Of a stretch of 64,000 nucleotides of DNA, positions 40,259 through 50,433 are shown piece after piece. The stretch lies in assembly GCA_048940445.1 (NCBI GenBank), contig JBHLON010000015.1, positions 9,837-73,836 on the forward strand, in the 5' to 3' direction. This DNA is from Promethearchaeota archaeon. GTDB taxonomy: Archaea; Asgardarchaeota; Lokiarchaeia; Sigyniarchaeales; SOKP01. Below the pieces are notes generated by a model, which did no database searches, was not told where the DNA came from, and worked only from the letters and a program-made list of their open reading frames with translations. The position numbers were made by a program, and so were the translations under genes. Within the stretch, counting starts at the first letter, position 1. Each line of letters begins with the position of its first letter.

Positions 40259-41518
40259 TCAATTGGTCCACTCATTTTCACTTTCTTCGTCATAATCTGT
40301 AATGGTAAACTTTTTTTCTGATAATTCAGCATAGTGTTCCATTTCTTGTTTATAACTTAGAGTGTTTCTAATTTCTTCATCGATTTTAGTCATAAATTTC
40401 TTTTCATTAGAATAATACTTTTTAATTTCATATAATCCCAGAATTACTAAAATAGCCACGAAAAAGACTATGACATAAATGTTTCGCAACACATTTATAA
40501 TAGCATCATTTAAAAATGCCATAGATTGAATGTAAGGTAAAACTTGTAACCATTCATAAGGAAAATAATGGATAAATTCATAAGTTACTTTTGAAAGCAC
40601 CAACCATATTAAAATAGTATCAAGCCCGAATCGTTTCATTTTCAATTTTTTGCTTAATAATTCGGCTTGGGAACCCATTAATGTACTAATTGAATAAAGA
40701 ATAATGAACACATCGAAAAATATCATAACAATTTGAGTAATAATGGGTGAACTCCCTCCAGATCCCATACTATTAACAGCTATAAATAATTTTACCACAA
40801 AATAATATGTATAAATAACAACTAATATAGAAAATATCCCAATCCATGCATTGAGAATCTTTCTAGATAAGAAGAGCAGACTTAATAATGCAAAGCCAAT
40901 GATCGCTATTCCAACAACTATAAATAATACTCTAACACCTAAATTCAAGCCAGGATAAAACGAGAGTTCAGGAATAAATGTATAAATTATATCGAGAATA
41001 CCTAAGGCAGGAACGAGAAAAATAACCAATAGAAACAAAGATAATAATATTCCCCCAGAAAATGTTAAGCTACGAGTAATTTTTCGATGATTATGCCTCT
41101 TCAATCTATTGTCTACATTTTTAGCTATTAAATAGGCCCCATAAAGTATAAACCAAGATGAGAAAAAGAAGTAACTGAAGATAGAAAAAGCAAATAAAGC
41201 AATTAAAATAACCCCTATTAATGACATTAGAGGCAAGGTAACAATAAAAATTAAAATTACTTTCCATGAGGGAATCTCTTTTATATCTTTTTTATAAAAT
41301 ATAGATAATAAATATAAGAACATCAGAAAAGTTAAGAACGGTAAAAATAGAACGACTCCAATAATATCCCATAAATCTACTTGGAATGGCCCAATTTGGA
41401 TGGTTATTTGAAGAGGAATTTGGATGAGAATAATGTCAATTAAAAGCCAGATGACTAGAATTAAATACTTTCTATTTTCTTTTAGACCTAACTTTCTTAA
41501 GTTTTCAATAAACTCCAT
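40259..41518 (-). CDS. Multi-pass membrane protein
   Basis: About 10 hydrophobic segments; acidic C-terminal tail. Confidence 0.8.
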   Translation of the reverse strand: MEFIENLRKLGLKENRKYLILVIWLLIDIILIQIPLQITIQIGPFQVDLWDIIGVVLFLPFLTFLMFLYLLSIFYKKDIKEIPSWKVILIFIVTLPLMSLIGVILIALFAFSIFSYFFFSSWFILYGAYLIAKNVDNRLKRHNHRKITRSLTFSGGILLSLFLLVIFLVPALGILDIIYTFIPELSFYPGLNLGVRVLFIVVGIAIIGFALLSLLFLSRKILNAWIGIFSILVVIYTYYFVVKLFIAVNSMGSGGSSPIITQIVMIFFDVFIILYSISTLMGSQAELLSKKLKMKRFGLDTILIWLVLSKVTYEFIHYFPYEWLQVLPYIQSMAFLNDAIINVLRNIYVIVFFVAILVILGLYEIKKYYSNEKKFMTKIDEEIRNTLSYKQEMEHYAELSEKKFTITDYDEESENEWTN

Positions 41519-41642
41519 AAAAAAAAGATAGACTTGGTTTATTTAAAATTTTTTAATTAGTAAGGCTTTTTAAAAAGCTTATTCTTAACATAAATATTTA
41601 AACAGATACACGATCTAATATTCAACTACATTTTCTAAATAT

Positions 41643-42335
41643 GTGAGAAGATTGATATTTCAGACAGATTATTGGACATATTTGCAAGCATTTTTTGAAT
41701 GGGTTGGACAATCTGCTGGAGTTATGGTTTTCATTAGTGGTTTTATTGCTTTGACATGGTTTGGATATGAAAGAAAACGAAGAGGATCTTTTACTAAACG
41801 AAAGCTTGAAGAAGGTAAAAAGTTTGATACAACGAAATTCCTAAGGGTACTGTCTTATCTTGGATTAGCTGTGGGGATAATGGATATTTGGGCGGGAGCG
41901 TGGGGATTGATCTTTAATATTCCTCCAAGCTTCAAATATGAAGATGTATCTGGTGCTAGTGCGAATTATTTTACATGTATCTTTTTGATGGTAATAGGAA
42001 TAGCAATGTTTTTTAAACCGATATCAGACTTACCTCTTTCTAGTATTTTAGCGCTTATTGCTGGAAGTGCCTCCACTTTTATCCTTGCCTCATTAATACC
42101 ACCTGACGTAGAAGTAAATATTTCCGAATGGATTAATCCTAAACTACTACTCTTTATTGTGTTTATTATAATTACAGCACTAGTAGGAATTACAGCAAAA
42201 TTATTTATTGGAATTTTACAATGGATTTCAAAGATATTATCATGGCCACCAATAGCTTTCATAATCATGGTATTTTGTTTTGCTCAAGGAATAGCTCTTT
42301 GGGGATTCGGAGTTTCAATACCAAATTTATTATAA
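41643..42335 (+). CDS. Multi-pass membrane protein
   Basis: About 6 hydrophobic segments. Confidence 0.8.
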   Translation: MRRLIFQTDYWTYLQAFFEWVGQSAGVMVFISGFIALTWFGYERKRRGSFTKRKLEEGKKFDTTKFLRVLSYLGLAVGIMDIWAGAWGLIFNIPPSFKYEDVSGASANYFTCIFLMVIGIAMFFKPISDLPLSSILALIAGSASTFILASLIPPDVEVNISEWINPKLLLFIVFIIITALVGITAKLFIGILQWISKILSWPPIAFIIMVFCFAQGIALWGFGVSIPNLL

Positions 42336-42353
42336 TCTTATTTTTTCTCTTTT

Positions 42354-43157
42354 TTAAATATAATCTGTCAAGTTTTTCTGGTGATTAAATGATTCAAAAG
42401 GTAAATTTAATTCTCTCTTTATATTATTAGCAGATTCAGGAGCAAAACCCTGAAAGTGATTATTAACAATTATAAAGATTTCAAAGATTTCTGGATTTTT
42501 CAAGAGTTTATCAATATTACTGAATAAATCCTTAAAAGCATCTTTCTGCTCTCGTTGGATTCTTCCAAAAGTAGACAATTCACGATCTCCAATTAATCGG
42601 ATATAGTAATGTTTTTGATTCGGTAAGTAATATGGTATTATTCCGGGTTGGTAGGTGGTTCCAAGTATTATGGTTTCTTTATCGATAATATCTATAAGTA
42701 TTTTGGAATTAAACCAACTATTATCACGTACTTCAATAATGTAGACAATACCTCTCTTTTTAGGAATGAGATTAATCAATCTTTTTAATTTATTAAGATG
42801 ATTTTCAGAATATTTAAACCGAGGTGGAAATTGAAAAAGAAATCCAAAAATCTTCGATTGTAGTGGTTCAAACGTTTCAAAAAACTGATATATACGTTCT
42901 TCAAGATTCCCCTCAAAATTGTGAGTTATCTCTTGCCAAACTTTTACAATAAAACGAAAATTGTCTGGTACAATAGTTTGCCATTTTTTTACCATTTCAA
43001 TTGAAGGTAGATTATAAAAACTCGAATTAAGTTCAATAACATTGAAATAATTAGAATAGAATTTTAAATACTGCTGTCTTTCAAGTTTCTTAGAATAAAA
43101 AGTACCTCTCCATCCCTTATAATCCCAACCTGCTGTACCTATCGATATTTTAACCAT
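42354..43157 (-). CDS. DUF72 (YecE) family protein
   Basis: IGTAGWDY..W.G.FY, ELNSSFY, LFQFPP, EVRDNSW, YIRLIG, NNH. Confidence 0.92.
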   Translation of the reverse strand: MVKISIGTAGWDYKGWRGTFYSKKLERQQYLKFYSNYFNVIELNSSFYNLPSIEMVKKWQTIVPDNFRFIVKVWQEITHNFEGNLEERIYQFFETFEPLQSKIFGFLFQFPPRFKYSENHLNKLKRLINLIPKKRGIVYIIEVRDNSWFNSKILIDIIDKETIILGTTYQPGIIPYYLPNQKHYYIRLIGDRELSTFGRIQREQKDAFKDLFSNIDKLLKNPEIFEIFIIVNNHFQGFAPESANNIKRELNLPFESFNHQKNLTDYI

Positions 43158-43370
43158 ATTAACTTAAAAAGATTAATTTGTTTAGGATTATTTAATATTC
43201 TATCTAAAGTTAACAATATAGAATGAGTTAAAATAAATTACTTTTATAAATAATTAATTTTATGTAAAATATATATTAAGAAGTGAAAATTAAAAAGAAT
43301 AAGAGCTTAAGTATTTTTTAATTCAAGACTTTTGATAATAATAAAAATTTAGTTCTATTATGATAAAAGG

Positions 43371-44048
43371 GTGACCCTATTGGATGATCAAATTGATTGG
43401 ACTAAAGCTGAAGAAAATCCTGAAAAGAGTCAAAAGGTTGATGGAAGGACTCTATTAGATCTTAGAGCCAAAGTAAATCAGTTAGAGCATGATTTATCTT
43501 CTAATAAAGAAGAATTGCGAAAAACAAAGGAAGAATTGAAAGAAACTCAAAAAAAGTTGTCTGGGAGAGAGAAAAGTTTAGTTAAAGTAACAGAAAAATT
43601 TTCTTCTGCTAAAAAGAATTTAGATGATATGGCTGAACAAAAGTTAAATGTTGACATTGAAGTTACAAAATTAAGACCAAAGACTGTAGAATTAGAAAAA
43701 AAGCTCTCAGAAGCTGAAGTTAAAATAACCCAACAAGAACAAGAACTAGAATTTTCTTCAGAAAAAATGACTGAATTGGAACAGAATGTTAGTTCTAAAG
43801 AAAAAACAATTGAGAATCATAAAGAAGATTTAAAGAATAAGAATATTGAAATAAACAGTCTCAAGGAACAATTGACTAGTAGCCAAAAAGAAAGGAAGGA
43901 ATTAATTGAAAAAGTCAAAAATCTTGAAAAAAAATTATCTGAAGTTAATTCTGCATCAAATATTCTTGAAAAAGTCCGAGAAACTATGGTCCATAAGGGT
44001 TTTCTTTCAGACAAAGAACTTGAAGAAATATTAAACGAGTTTGAATAG
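43371..44048 (+). CDS. Long coiled-coil protein (paralog A)
   Basis: Continuous heptads; head IDW...PEKS.KV.GR.LLDLR and tail HKGFLSDKE; probable start TTG 43380. Confidence 0.85.
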   Translation: MTLLDDQIDWTKAEENPEKSQKVDGRTLLDLRAKVNQLEHDLSSNKEELRKTKEELKETQKKLSGREKSLVKVTEKFSSAKKNLDDMAEQKLNVDIEVTKLRPKTVELEKKLSEAEVKITQQEQELEFSSEKMTELEQNVSSKEKTIENHKEDLKNKNIEINSLKEQLTSSQKERKELIEKVKNLEKKLSEVNSASNILEKVRETMVHKGFLSDKELEEILNEFE

Positions 44049-44170
44049 AATGAAATTTTTTAGGGTTAATAGTAAATGTAAAAACTACTTGAAAAAATAT
44101 ATATATGATATTGTAAACTTAATAATATAAATTAAAGTAAAATAATCACAAACAAATCAAAAAATAGTAG

Positions 44171-44893
44171 GTGTTAAGAAGATTGGCGATAGACTGGGAT
44201 CGTATATCAGAAAAGCCTGAAAAATCATATAAGGTTGAAGGGCGATTTTTGTTAGACCTTAGAACGAAAATTAACGATTTAGAACAACAAGTAAAAATGA
44301 AAACAGATAAACTAGATAGAACAATGAATGAATTAAATGAATCTAAGGAGAAGTTAGGTGGAAGAGAAAAAAGTTTAACTGAAAAAACAGAAGAATTGTC
44401 AGCAAATAAAAAGGATTTGGAAAACATCAAGGAAGATAAAGGAAAGATTGATAAAGAACTTGTGGCTCTTAAATCTAGTTATTCTGAGTTAGAAAAGAAG
44501 TTATCTGAGTTGGAGCCATTAAAAGAATTAGAACCAAAAATGAAGAATTTGCAAGAAGACATGGAACAAAGAGAAAGGGAGCTTGAAAGCGTGAAAAAGG
44601 ATTTACAACAAACAATATCAGATAAATATGTTGAGATTGAGAGTCTTAAAAGCGATTTAAATAAAGTGATTCAAGAAAAGGAGGAAGAGATCATAAAAGC
44701 AAAAAATGATGTATTATCAAAAGAAAAAGAGATAGAAGCTCTAGACTTAAAAATTAAATCTCTTGAAGATTACATCGCTGAGGCAAAGGGAGCACCACAA
44801 GTTATTGAAGAGATTAAGGAGCTTATGGCTCATAAAGGCTTTCTTTCTGATAAAGAGTTTGATGAAATTTTAGAAAAGAATTTAACCAAATAA
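44171..44893 (+). CDS. Long coiled-coil protein (paralog B)
   Basis: Same head, GREKSL and tail motifs as paralog A; probable start TTG 44183. Confidence 0.85.
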   Translation: MLRRLAIDWDRISEKPEKSYKVEGRFLLDLRTKINDLEQQVKMKTDKLDRTMNELNESKEKLGGREKSLTEKTEELSANKKDLENIKEDKGKIDKELVALKSSYSELEKKLSELEPLKELEPKMKNLQEDMEQRERELESVKKDLQQTISDKYVEIESLKSDLNKVIQEKEEEIIKAKNDVLSKEKEIEALDLKIKSLEDYIAEAKGAPQVIEEIKELMAHKGFLSDKEFDEILEKNLTK

Positions 44894-45017
44894 TTCAATA
44901 CATTTTATTTTAACATAATACTACCTTATTGTAAAGCTCTTTAATTTATTTTTTAATAATTTTAGAAAATTAAAGTAAGTATTTATTTTAGCAATCTCAT
45001 TTTAATAAATTAATAAA

Positions 45018-46307
45018 ATGCTAGTACAAATAACTCCGTTTGAGGAGGAATTTTACAAATTTCTTTTCTCAATTATTATTTCGATTTTTTGTGGATTTCT
45101 AATTGGAATCGAGAGGACAAGGGCAAAGAAACTATTTGGAGCAAGAGATCATATCGCATATGCGATCTTATCCACAGTATTAATAATATTGTATGAAAAC
45201 TTTATTTTTGATATAGCTCGTATTGTTATATTTCTAATTTTTGCAGCAATGATAATATTTCTTTCAATTGGTAGTGTTTATCGTCTTTTTCATACTCAAG
45301 AACCGGGTTACACGTCCACTATGTCTATGTTACTAGTAATAGTAGTGGGAATTTTGAGCTATTATATGCCTTATCTGGCTATAGCGATTTCAGTTATATT
45401 TTTAGTGATTCTATCCACCAAAAAAGAATTTGAAAAGATAAGAGAACTGAAACAAATAGAATGGACAGGAACGGTAGAATTTTTAGCAATCGTCATCCTT
45501 TTATTTATCTTGATCCCAGAGAATATACAAATTGTAGGGATTAATATAAGAGCTATAATGATAATTTTCATCACCATTCTAGCTATTAAATATTTTAGTT
45601 ATTTTCTATTAAAAAGTTCTAGTAAAAACAACCTTTATTATATCTCATTTTTGGGAGGATTTGCGCATAGTGAAGCGACCGCTGTTGAACTAGCAGAAAA
45701 TGGAGCTCCTTCATCATCAATTTGGTTAGTTATTCAGACTATGCTTCTACGTATGTTACTTATAATATCGATTGGGGCAATTAATTTATTTTGGTATTCG
45801 TTAACTCCAATATTGATTACAACAATCGTAGGTTTGTTTGGTGCTTTTTTGGTTCTAAGAAAAAAGAAAATAAGTTTAACCCTTTTAAAAATAAAGAATC
45901 CGTTATCAATTAAAGGAGCTTTAGTATTTACTGGGACGTACCTACTGGCTATCCTAATCACCCTCGGTTTACAAGCATATGGAATGTATCTACCTCCTTT
46001 AAACTACTATTGGTATTATCTAATTTCTTTTGTTATAGGTTTATTATCGGGAGGTGCATCATCCTTATTTGTCGTGACTACTTACAGTATCTCCCTGATT
46101 AATACGGCTAATGCGTTAATAATGCTTTTAATTGGTTTATCCGCAGCAATAATCAATAAGATCTTTTATGCTCGAAGAAGTTTGCATAAGAGTAAAAATA
46201 AGAGAAATTTTACAATTCACCTATTAATTTATCAAATTTTGACTATTAGTGTATTAGTGGTTTTTACTTTTATTACGATTATATGGTTTAATTTATCTAT
46301 TTTTTAA
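45018..46307 (+). CDS. MgtC/SapB-DUF4010 membrane protein
   Basis: GFLIGIER, GARDH, FLGGFAHSEATA; many transmembrane segments. Confidence 0.8.
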   Translation: MLVQITPFEEEFYKFLFSIIISIFCGFLIGIERTRAKKLFGARDHIAYAILSTVLIILYENFIFDIARIVIFLIFAAMIIFLSIGSVYRLFHTQEPGYTSTMSMLLVIVVGILSYYMPYLAIAISVIFLVILSTKKEFEKIRELKQIEWTGTVEFLAIVILLFILIPENIQIVGINIRAIMIIFITILAIKYFSYFLLKSSSKNNLYYISFLGGFAHSEATAVELAENGAPSSSIWLVIQTMLLRMLLIISIGAINLFWYSLTPILITTIVGLFGAFLVLRKKKISLTLLKIKNPLSIKGALVFTGTYLLAILITLGLQAYGMYLPPLNYYWYYLISFVIGLLSGGASSLFVVTTYSISLINTANALIMLLIGLSAAIINKIFYARRSLHKSKNKRNFTIHLLIYQILTISVLVVFTFITIIWFNLSIF

Positions 46308-46388
46308 AAAAAAATTTCTCAAATTTATTATAGTCAATTAATGTATATTTAATCTAAAGGAAAATAGTATATTCAATTTGAAAGAATT

Positions 46389-47495
46389 ATGGTTAACTTA
46401 ATTTGGAATGGTAAGTCAAACATTTCCAAAGGATTAGATAATGCGAATGAATTATATCATAAAAAGTACGAAACTTTAAACCTTACTGGTAAAAATCTCG
46501 ATTGTTCTTATCAGTTTATTGAAGATAATTTATCTTGGAGAAATAAGTTATTTTGGGGAGATAATTTAAGTGTTTTATTATATTTATTAGAGAATTTAAA
46601 ATCCAAAATAAATCTAATATATATTGATCCTCCTTTTTTTTCTGGCAATAATTATCAAATAGAAATTAAACAACAGGAGAATATATTTAAAGATACAATA
46701 TATAGTGATTACTGGGAAAATGATTTAGACTCCTATTTACAAATGCTTTATGATAGATTGATTTTGATGAAAAAACTATTATCTGATGAGGGTTTAATAT
46801 TTATCCATTTAGATTGGCATGCATCTCATTATGTTAAAATTCTATTGGATGAGGTTTTTGGTCAAAAAAACTTTGTAAATGATATAATTTGGTATTATTA
46901 TAATAAATATTCAGCAGGAAAGATGAATTTACCTCGAGCCCATGATAATATATTGGTTTATGCCAAATCTAATAATTATACTTTAAATGAAATAAGAATA
47001 CCCAGAAATAAACCAATAAAGCAATTAAAGAGAAAAATGGTAAATGGTGTATTAAAGAACGTAAAAGATGAGTTTGGACACGTAGTTTATAGGATAGTAG
47101 ATGATAAGAAGTTGGATGATGTTTGGAAAATTCCTTGCTTACAACCTGCTTCTAAAGAGTGGACAGGTTTTCCGACGCAAAAACATCATGAATTAATAGA
47201 GACAATTATCAAGTTAGGTAGTAATGAACAAGATTTAATTGCAGATTTTTTCTGTGGTTCAGGAACAACGATTTTATCTGCTGAACGATTAAAAAGAAGA
47301 TGGATTGGATGCGATATTTCAGCATATTCAATCTATATCTCAAGAAAGCGATTATTGAAATTTAGGAGAATGCTTAAAAGCAAAGATAAGATTAATATTC
47401 CATTTGAGATTGTTACCGAATTAACAGAAGAAAAGAATAAACTTATAGAATCTAGATTCTTTCAGAATGATTTAAAAATAAGAGCTATTAGATAA
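46389..47495 (+). CDS. Beta-class (Mod-like) N6A/N4C DNA methyltransferase
   Basis: GDNL, IYIDPPF, FPTQK, ADFFCGSGTT. Confidence 0.9.
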   Translation: MVNLIWNGKSNISKGLDNANELYHKKYETLNLTGKNLDCSYQFIEDNLSWRNKLFWGDNLSVLLYLLENLKSKINLIYIDPPFFSGNNYQIEIKQQENIFKDTIYSDYWENDLDSYLQMLYDRLILMKKLLSDEGLIFIHLDWHASHYVKILLDEVFGQKNFVNDIIWYYYNKYSAGKMNLPRAHDNILVYAKSNNYTLNEIRIPRNKPIKQLKRKMVNGVLKNVKDEFGHVVYRIVDDKKLDDVWKIPCLQPASKEWTGFPTQKHHELIETIIKLGSNEQDLIADFFCGSGTTILSAERLKRRWIGCDISAYSIYISRKRLLKFRRMLKSKDKINIPFEIVTELTEEKNKLIESRFFQNDLKIRAIR

Positions 47496-47501
47496 CTCTT
47501 C

Positions 47502-48275
47502 CTAAGTATTTACTAAGACATAATAAAGAGCACCCAATTCACCAATAATAAACAAATTAGGATCAAGTTCCTGAAACTCTTGATTATAAATTGCTTCAAT
47601 TTTAAATCCTCCTTTCTGGATTAAATTTTTAAAATCCCTATAAAACCAGAGTCTTAATTCATGTTTTTCTTCAAAAATATAGGTCTGTGAATGATCCTCT
47701 ACTTTCATTTTAAAGCGAACATGTCGTATTTTTTTTATTTTATCATATTGATAGGGAGACCAAGTCGCTTCAATTTTGATACCATTTCTCTCTGCATACC
47801 ATGTTTCGTCAGGTTTTCTTTCTTTTTTGATATCCCTATATGCACATACAATTTCAACTATGTAAATACCTCCTTTAACAATCGACTTAGACATAGATTT
47901 AAAATGTTCAATTATAGCATCATTAGTGAGTAAATAACCAAGACTATTAATTGATATTATCGCAGCATCCAATTTAGGGTCAAAGGTTAATATTCTCATA
48001 TCACCGAGGACTACAGATGCTTTATCATAATAACCATGCTTTTTGATGATTTCTGTTGAATAGTTTACCATATTGTCACTGATGTCATAACCAGTGATAG
48101 AGAAACCATATCTGGGAAAATTAATTAAAAATATACCTGTTCCACATGCTGGCTCTAAGATATTTTTTACATCGATTTCTGAATATTTTTTAAAACAATC
48201 AATATAAAATTCAATTTCTTTTGATACGTCTCTCTCAAAAATGATATCATAATAAAGAGGCATATTATATAGCAT
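47502..48275 (-). CDS. Class I SAM-dependent methyltransferase
   Basis: ILEPACGTG, GYDIS, GDMR. Confidence 0.9.
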   Translation of the reverse strand: MLYNMPLYYDIIFERDVSKEIEFYIDCFKKYSEIDVKNILEPACGTGIFLINFPRYGFSITGYDISDNMVNYSTEIIKKHGYYDKASVVLGDMRILTFDPKLDAAIISINSLGYLLTNDAIIEHFKSMSKSIVKGGIYIVEIVCAYRDIKKERKPDETWYAERNGIKIEATWSPYQYDKIKKIRHVRFKMKVEDHSQTYIFEEKHELRLWFYRDFKNLIQKGGFKIEAIYNQEFQELDPNLFIIGELGALYYVLVNT

Positions 48276-48411
48276 AGATTCCCCTTTTGGACGTTCTATA
48301 GGTATCTCTTCCTTAAAATTTTGTGAATTATCATTATTAACATTAAATTAACCAGCTCCTAATAATTTTATATGATTATTAATAGAACTTCAATTTTTTT
48401 TAAAATTTTTC

Positions 48412-49848
48412 TTAATGATGGTAAATTACATTCCATCCTAAGTATTTTGTAAGAGCTTCATAAACTACTTCTCCGATTTCACTTAAACTAGCCGCGATAT
48501 GATGAGCAAATCCTTCCTCACATACAGTTTTTAGAGCTTGTTGAAGATTAGGGATTTTTATAACACCATACCCTCCATATGTATCAAGAGGATCATCAGT
48601 ATAATTACCTTCCGTTAAAAAAGCCTTTATTTCCCCAAAAAGATCATCTGTTTCAATTCTCAATAAGGTGCATGGTTTAGACTTTATTCTCCCTTGAATT
48701 GCTCCATAAGTAATTTCATCTCCCTTGAGATCTGAAATGATGGGATGAATAGTTATTTCAGTATCCTTAAAAAATGATTTTGGTAAATTACTGCAGTGAA
48801 AAAGTACCATTTTTTCCGGATCTTCTCCATAATTATTGTTCCAATCTAAAATAGCTGAAGGAGTATCTGAAGCTACTTGTAAAATATACATTCCGATCAA
48901 ACCAGCTATATCAACTTCACATGCAGCAGGAATTAAACCTTCGCTAAATATACTCATAATAGCACATGGAACAATTCCAAAATTGTCTTGGATACTTGGC
49001 CAACATTGGAAAGCAAAACCGTCTAAATTATAATCTAACACCCATTTTTCAACCACTACAGATAATTTTGCTAATTTTAGAACTCCTTCTTCAAGAAAAT
49101 TTGTTGTAGGTGTATAGGCTTTAATGAATTGTATTTTTTCTTTTACTTTAGGATCATCATTTTTTAGCTTATTTATTGCTCCAAGTATTTCAGATAAGTC
49201 AATTGGTTCGATTGTAATTCCATTAGTTTCTAAAATCTTTTCACTATATCTAACGGTTTCAAATGCTGCTGGCCTTGTACCGATTTGGCCAAATCTAGCT
49301 CTTTGTAGCATTTTTACTATTCTACAGATTTTTTCAAATCGTCTAATATCATTTTTAAAAATTTCTGATTTAATTGAGCATGTATGCAATTTTGTTAGAG
49401 AAAAAGGGATTCCACGCTGATATAGGACATTACAAATGGAAATTTTTCCACAAAATGCATCTCTCCGGTTTTTTCGATCCATTTTATTAGGGTCATCTGG
49501 AGAGGCTTGAATTAGGATAGGTACTTTAAGATCTGCTAGTTTTAAAGTTACAGCAAATCCTTTCTCATCAGAGAAATTAGGCATACATAAAATGATCCCT
49601 GATATCGAGTCTCGATTTTTTTTGAATAAATCTGCACATTTTATAGCATCTTGATACGACTCCACGACTCCATAATGAGTATCTTCTTCATTTAAGATAA
49701 CATAGTCATATCCCATCTCTTTCATTACCTCAATTATCTCATCTCTCCCTTCTTTTGCGAGATGATCTGGAAAAACATCTCTGTTTCCAACCATAATCCC
49801 AAATGTTGTTTTATCGACTCGTTTGGTTATAAAGGTCATAGATATCAA
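48412..49848 (-). CDS. L-fucose/L-arabinose isomerase family protein
   Basis: NFSDEK, RRDAFCGK, QCWP, ACEVD, FHCSN, GFAHH. Confidence 0.88.
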   Translation of the reverse strand: MISMTFITKRVDKTTFGIMVGNRDVFPDHLAKEGRDEIIEVMKEMGYDYVILNEEDTHYGVVESYQDAIKCADLFKKNRDSISGIILCMPNFSDEKGFAVTLKLADLKVPILIQASPDDPNKMDRKNRRDAFCGKISICNVLYQRGIPFSLTKLHTCSIKSEIFKNDIRRFEKICRIVKMLQRARFGQIGTRPAAFETVRYSEKILETNGITIEPIDLSEILGAINKLKNDDPKVKEKIQFIKAYTPTTNFLEEGVLKLAKLSVVVEKWVLDYNLDGFAFQCWPSIQDNFGIVPCAIMSIFSEGLIPAACEVDIAGLIGMYILQVASDTPSAILDWNNNYGEDPEKMVLFHCSNLPKSFFKDTEITIHPIISDLKGDEITYGAIQGRIKSKPCTLLRIETDDLFGEIKAFLTEGNYTDDPLDTYGGYGVIKIPNLQQALKTVCEEGFAHHIAASLSEIGEVVYEALTKYLGWNVIYHH

Positions 49849-49923
49849 AATTAAATAAATTTTAATTACGAACTTAAATTTTTTATAGAAAATAATTTTA
49901 ACTAAAAATCAATTTATTTGTTC

Positions 49924-50370
49924 TTACCATTTCCTTATATCAATAAGAGTTATTCCCTTTCTTGTTCTTTCCCTCTCTTCCTCTAAATGTTTTTCCAATC
50001 CGACTTCCTTTACTCTATTGTAATGATCTATTACAAATGGATATCTATCGCGATGATATGAAGTTTTTGAACATGAAAGAAATTCATTGCACAATAGACA
50101 ACTTTTTAATTTTTTAGCTTTTTCACATTTAAGTACTTCACACCATGGATTTTTAATTTTTAGGCAAGTAGGACAACTATCTTTTGAAATCCATTGAAGT
50201 CCTTTATATAAATCATCAAAACTAAAATCAACAGAGTCTTTTGCCCAACTATAAGAACCTTCTATAATTTTCAGAAGTTCTTTTGCTAAATTTGCAATTT
50301 TACCAGTTCCAGTTGGACACATTTCACAAAATACTCCACAAACTCCATAACAATATTCTTTATCTGACAT
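49924..50370 (-). CDS. DUF3795-like Cys-rich protein
   Basis: CGVFCEMCP, CPTC, C.V.KC, CLLC.EF..C. Confidence 0.7.
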   Translation of the reverse strand: MSDKEYCYGVCGVFCEMCPTGTGKIANLAKELLKIIEGSYSWAKDSVDFSFDDLYKGLQWISKDSCPTCLKIKNPWCEVLKCEKAKKLKSCLLCNEFLSCSKTSYHRDRYPFVIDHYNRVKEVGLEKHLEEERERTRKGITLIDIRKW

Positions 50371-50433
50371 TATAATGAAGATTTAAGGTTAATTAATAGT
50401 TAAATTTTTTTCTTAAACATCATAATAGAAGGT

